Shown: piece by piece, positions 61,617 to 64,000 of the stretch
Layout: each line of letters begins with the position of its first letter
How positions within the stretch are numbered: position 1 is the stretch's first letter
From: Dehalococcoidia bacterium
GTDB lineage: Bacteria > Chloroflexota > Dehalococcoidia > UBA2979
Direction of reading: 5' to 3'
NCBI GenBank assembly: GCA_965207415.1
Contig: CBDBMD010000003.1
Location: 3,113,243 to 3,177,242 of the forward strand
Length of the DNA: 64,000 nucleotides
Notes under the pieces: model-generated
The model's database searches: none
What the model saw: only the letters and a program-made list of their open reading frames with translations
What the model was told of the DNA's origin: nothing
Program-made: the position numbers and the translations under genes

Positions 61617-64000
61617 TCATTCCGGAGCGACGAGCGTGTCGCCTCGCCGACACAGCCGCTCGCTCTCAAGGAGTGAGTCGATCCGCTCGTTCAGTCGGTC
61701 TCTGATGTCGTGCCCGGTACGGCGCCAGCCGAATTGGCGAGCCGTCTCGCGAACGAGATCCGACGACGAGGCGCCGAAGGTGCGACGAGCGACGAGCAGC
61801 AGGCCCTCGTCGAGTTCGGAGTCGGCGACTCGTCCGATGGGGCGGTCCGGGTCGTACCTCGGACGCGGCGCAGTGCCAGCCTCCTCGGCAACCTGGAGAA
61901 ACTCGCCGTCCCGGGACAGGGCGCTGTCCGAGATCGCGGTGGAGATCGCGCGTTCAATGTGAGCGCGAATTCGTGCACCGACCCGTCTGACGCCCAGGAC
62001 GACCCGCAGCCCGTCGACGACCGCGTCGATGTGGACGGGCTGTTCGACCTCGACGAGATGGCGGACTCGTACTGCTAGCGCGGCCAAGGGGATGTCGAGC
62101 GCGTCGCCGTCCCAGAGCTGCCCGTAGGAGCGCCGGTAGTCATCGAAGAACAGCTCGGTCTCTACCGGGGCAGGGCCGTCGATCGCTCTGGCTTCTATAG
62201 CGGGTTCCCTCTCGCCGACAGTTTCGCGCGCGGGGGCGGCCACCTCGGGAACATCGTTCGCGGCGTCGGCGGCCGGCGGCGGGTTGGGCTCGGCAGGTAC
62301 GCCCGCCCGCGCTCGTTCGAGCGCCTCTTCGATCGCTGCGATCTCGGACTCCTGGTCCCGGATCCATGCGGTCGACCACACCCGGTGGATGCGCCAGTGG
62401 AGGCCCTCAAGCACCTTCTGCCTTAGCCAGTCGCGGTCCCGAGCGGCGGGCGAGCGGTGGTAGGTGGCTCCGTCACACTCGATTCCGAGGTCGTACCCGG
62501 CGCCGTCCTGCGACAGGATCGCAAGGTCGATCCGATACCCGGAGACACCTACCTGTGCATGAACGCGATGCCCGCGGCCGCGCAGTGCGGCAAGTACAGC
62601 CTCCTCGAAGGGGCTCTCCGGTTCGCCCGTACCCGTGGGTGTGGCGTCGAGCGCGGTGAGCGGGTTCCGCGCGTACTCCAGGTAGCGGCGCAACTGCTGG
62701 GCGCCGGGCGTGGTGGACGTGATGTCCTCGGGGCGAAGGGCGTGGACGACAGTCATCGACTTGCGGGCGCGCGTGACCGCCACGTTCAGCCTGCGCTCCC
62801 CGCCTTCGTTGTTGATCGGACCGAACCTGTTCGGTACGGCGCCCGCAGGCGTACGGCCGTACCCGATCGACAGGATCATGTGGTCGCGCTCGTCGCCCTG
62901 GACGTTCTCCAGGTTCTTCACGAAGAAGCGCTCGCGGACATCCTCGCTGAACCGCTCGTCGAGATGGCGGCGGATCAGCCGACCCTGCTCGATCAAGTTC
63001 TCAATCAGCTCGGCCTGCGCGCGCGAGAGCGCGACAACCCCGACACTGTCACCCTCGGGGAGCGTCTCCATCAACTCGAACACAATCTCGGCGACGCGCT
63101 CGGCCTCAAGGCGATTCTGGCGGCTTCCGCCGGCGTCGTAGGTCGCGTCCGGCAGATAGACATCGCGGACGCACGGGGCGTCGGGGTCGGGACCGGGGAA
63201 CGTCAGCAGCCGGTTGTCGTAGAAGGCGTGGTTCGAGAAGCGGATGAGACTCTCGCAGCGGCTGCGGTAGTGCACGGAGAGGTACCGCTCGGTGATGCCG
63301 GGGCCAACCTGCCCCACCATCACGTCGAGGATGCTCTCGCGGCCCTCAAAGGCGTCCGCGGGCCTGTCATCGTCTTCATCCGCGTTGTCGTCGTCACCGA
63401 CGCCACCCTGGAAGAACGTCGTGGGCGGGAGCTGGAGGCGATCGCCAACGACGATCACTTGGCGCGCGCGCTCGATCGCTGGGATCGCGTCCTCGGGCAA
63501 CACCTGCGAGGCCTCGTCGAAGATCACCACGTCGAAGGCGAGATGATCGCTCTCCAGTGGGCCGTCCGGCAGGTACTGACTGACCGCGAGGGGACTCATC
63601 AGGAAGCACGGCTTCAGCGCCTGCAGCACGTTCGGGACCCTCGCTATCAGGCGGCGGACGGACATTTGCCGCCGACGCTTCGAGAGTTCGCCGGTGAGCA
63701 GGCCAAGCTGGCCAGCCTGAAGGGGTGTCGCGTGCTGCTCCGGATACCTCCCGAATGCGAGCTCGCGTACCCGCTGACGCGCCGCCGTCGGAAACTGCTC
63801 GTCCAGCTCCCGGAAGCGTGCGCGGACCTCCTCGTGGTCGACCCGGTTGAACTCGCCGAGCTCGGGCTCGGCGGCATACACCTCATCCAGCCACGCTTCG
63901 TAGACGCGCCGCGCGACGATGCTCGGCACATCCGCCGCTGACTCGGTCAGCGAGCGCACGGCGGTTGTCGCTCCCTCGCCGAAACGCGCGTCGAACCCAC
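61617..64000 (-). CDS. SF1 (Dna2/UPF1-like) helicase with Vsr-like nuclease and DUF3320-like tail, 5' end outside window
   Basis: DEASQ, GD-LQLPP, HYRS, VQGDERD, RLNVAVTRAR, ESPFE...IECDG--YH. Confidence 0.9.
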   Translation of the reverse strand, partial: GFDARFGEGATTAVRSLTESAADVPSIVARRVYEAWLDEVYAAEPELGEFNRVDHEEVRARFRELDEQFPTAARQRVRELAFGRYPEQHATPLQAGQLGLLTGELSKRRRQMSVRRLIARVPNVLQALKPCFLMSPLAVSQYLPDGPLESDHLAFDVVIFDEASQVLPEDAIPAIERARQVIVVGDRLQLPPTTFFQGGVGDDDNADEDDDRPADAFEGRESILDVMVGQVGPGITERYLSVHYRSRCESLIRFSNHAFYDNRLLTFPGPDPDAPCVRDVYLPDATYDAGGSRQNRLEAERVAEIVFELMETLPEGDSVGVVALSRAQAELIENLIEQGRLIRRHLDERFSEDVRERFFVKNLENVQGDERDHMILSIGYGRTPAGAVPNRFGPINNEGGERRLNVAVTRARKSMTVVHALRPEDITSTTPGAQQLRRYLEYARNPLTALDATPTGTGEPESPFEEAVLAALRGRGHRVHAQVGVSGYRIDLAILSQDGAGYDLGIECDGATYHRSPAARDRDWLRQKVLEGLHWRIHRVWSTAWIRDQESEIAAIEEALERARAGVPAEPNPPPAADAANDVPEVAAPARETVGEREPAIEARAIDGPAPVETELFFDDYRRSYGQLWDGDALDIPLAALAVRVRHLVEVEQPVHIDAVVDGLRVVLGVRRVGARIRAHIERAISTAISDSALSRDGEFLQVAEEAGTAPRPRYDPDRPIGRVADSELDEGLLLVARRTFGASSSDLVRETARQFGWRRTGHDIRDRLNERIDSLLESERLCRRGDTLVAPE

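Overview
GC-rich accessory region with no rRNA, tRNA, CRISPR or core housekeeping genes. The host is probably a host-associated (sponge-symbiont-like) Chloroflexota; this is inferred from the RCC1-, LRR- and cadherin-type repeat proteins and a GAAC-N4-GTAC LexA-type box. Left third (1-25 kb): intact and broken toxin-antitoxin genes, exported repeat proteins, a NERD nuclease, a matrixin, a DnaQ-like exonuclease and a Fic protein. Between them lie dispersed non-coding modules: a 55-bp bipartite operator-like motif in 4 copies and three different two-copy structured RNA-like elements, most placed just after -10 boxes. Right two-thirds (25-64 kb): a dense defence island. It holds McrB (frameshifted in Walker A)-McrC-glycosylase-like genes, an unnamed translationally coupled GHKL-ATPase three-gene module, type I R-M with cargo between hsdS and hsdR, a Bil-type ubiquitination operon whose di-Ubl is fused to E2, a second Fic, an AlbA_2 protein, an Azaca-like trio, a KAP NTPase and a 5'-truncated SF1 helicase-nuclease. 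The best candidates for undescribed biology are the GHKL trio, the repeated promoter-plus-structured-RNA modules and the Ubl-Ubl-E2 polyprotein. All family calls come from motif recognition by eye; no database search was run.
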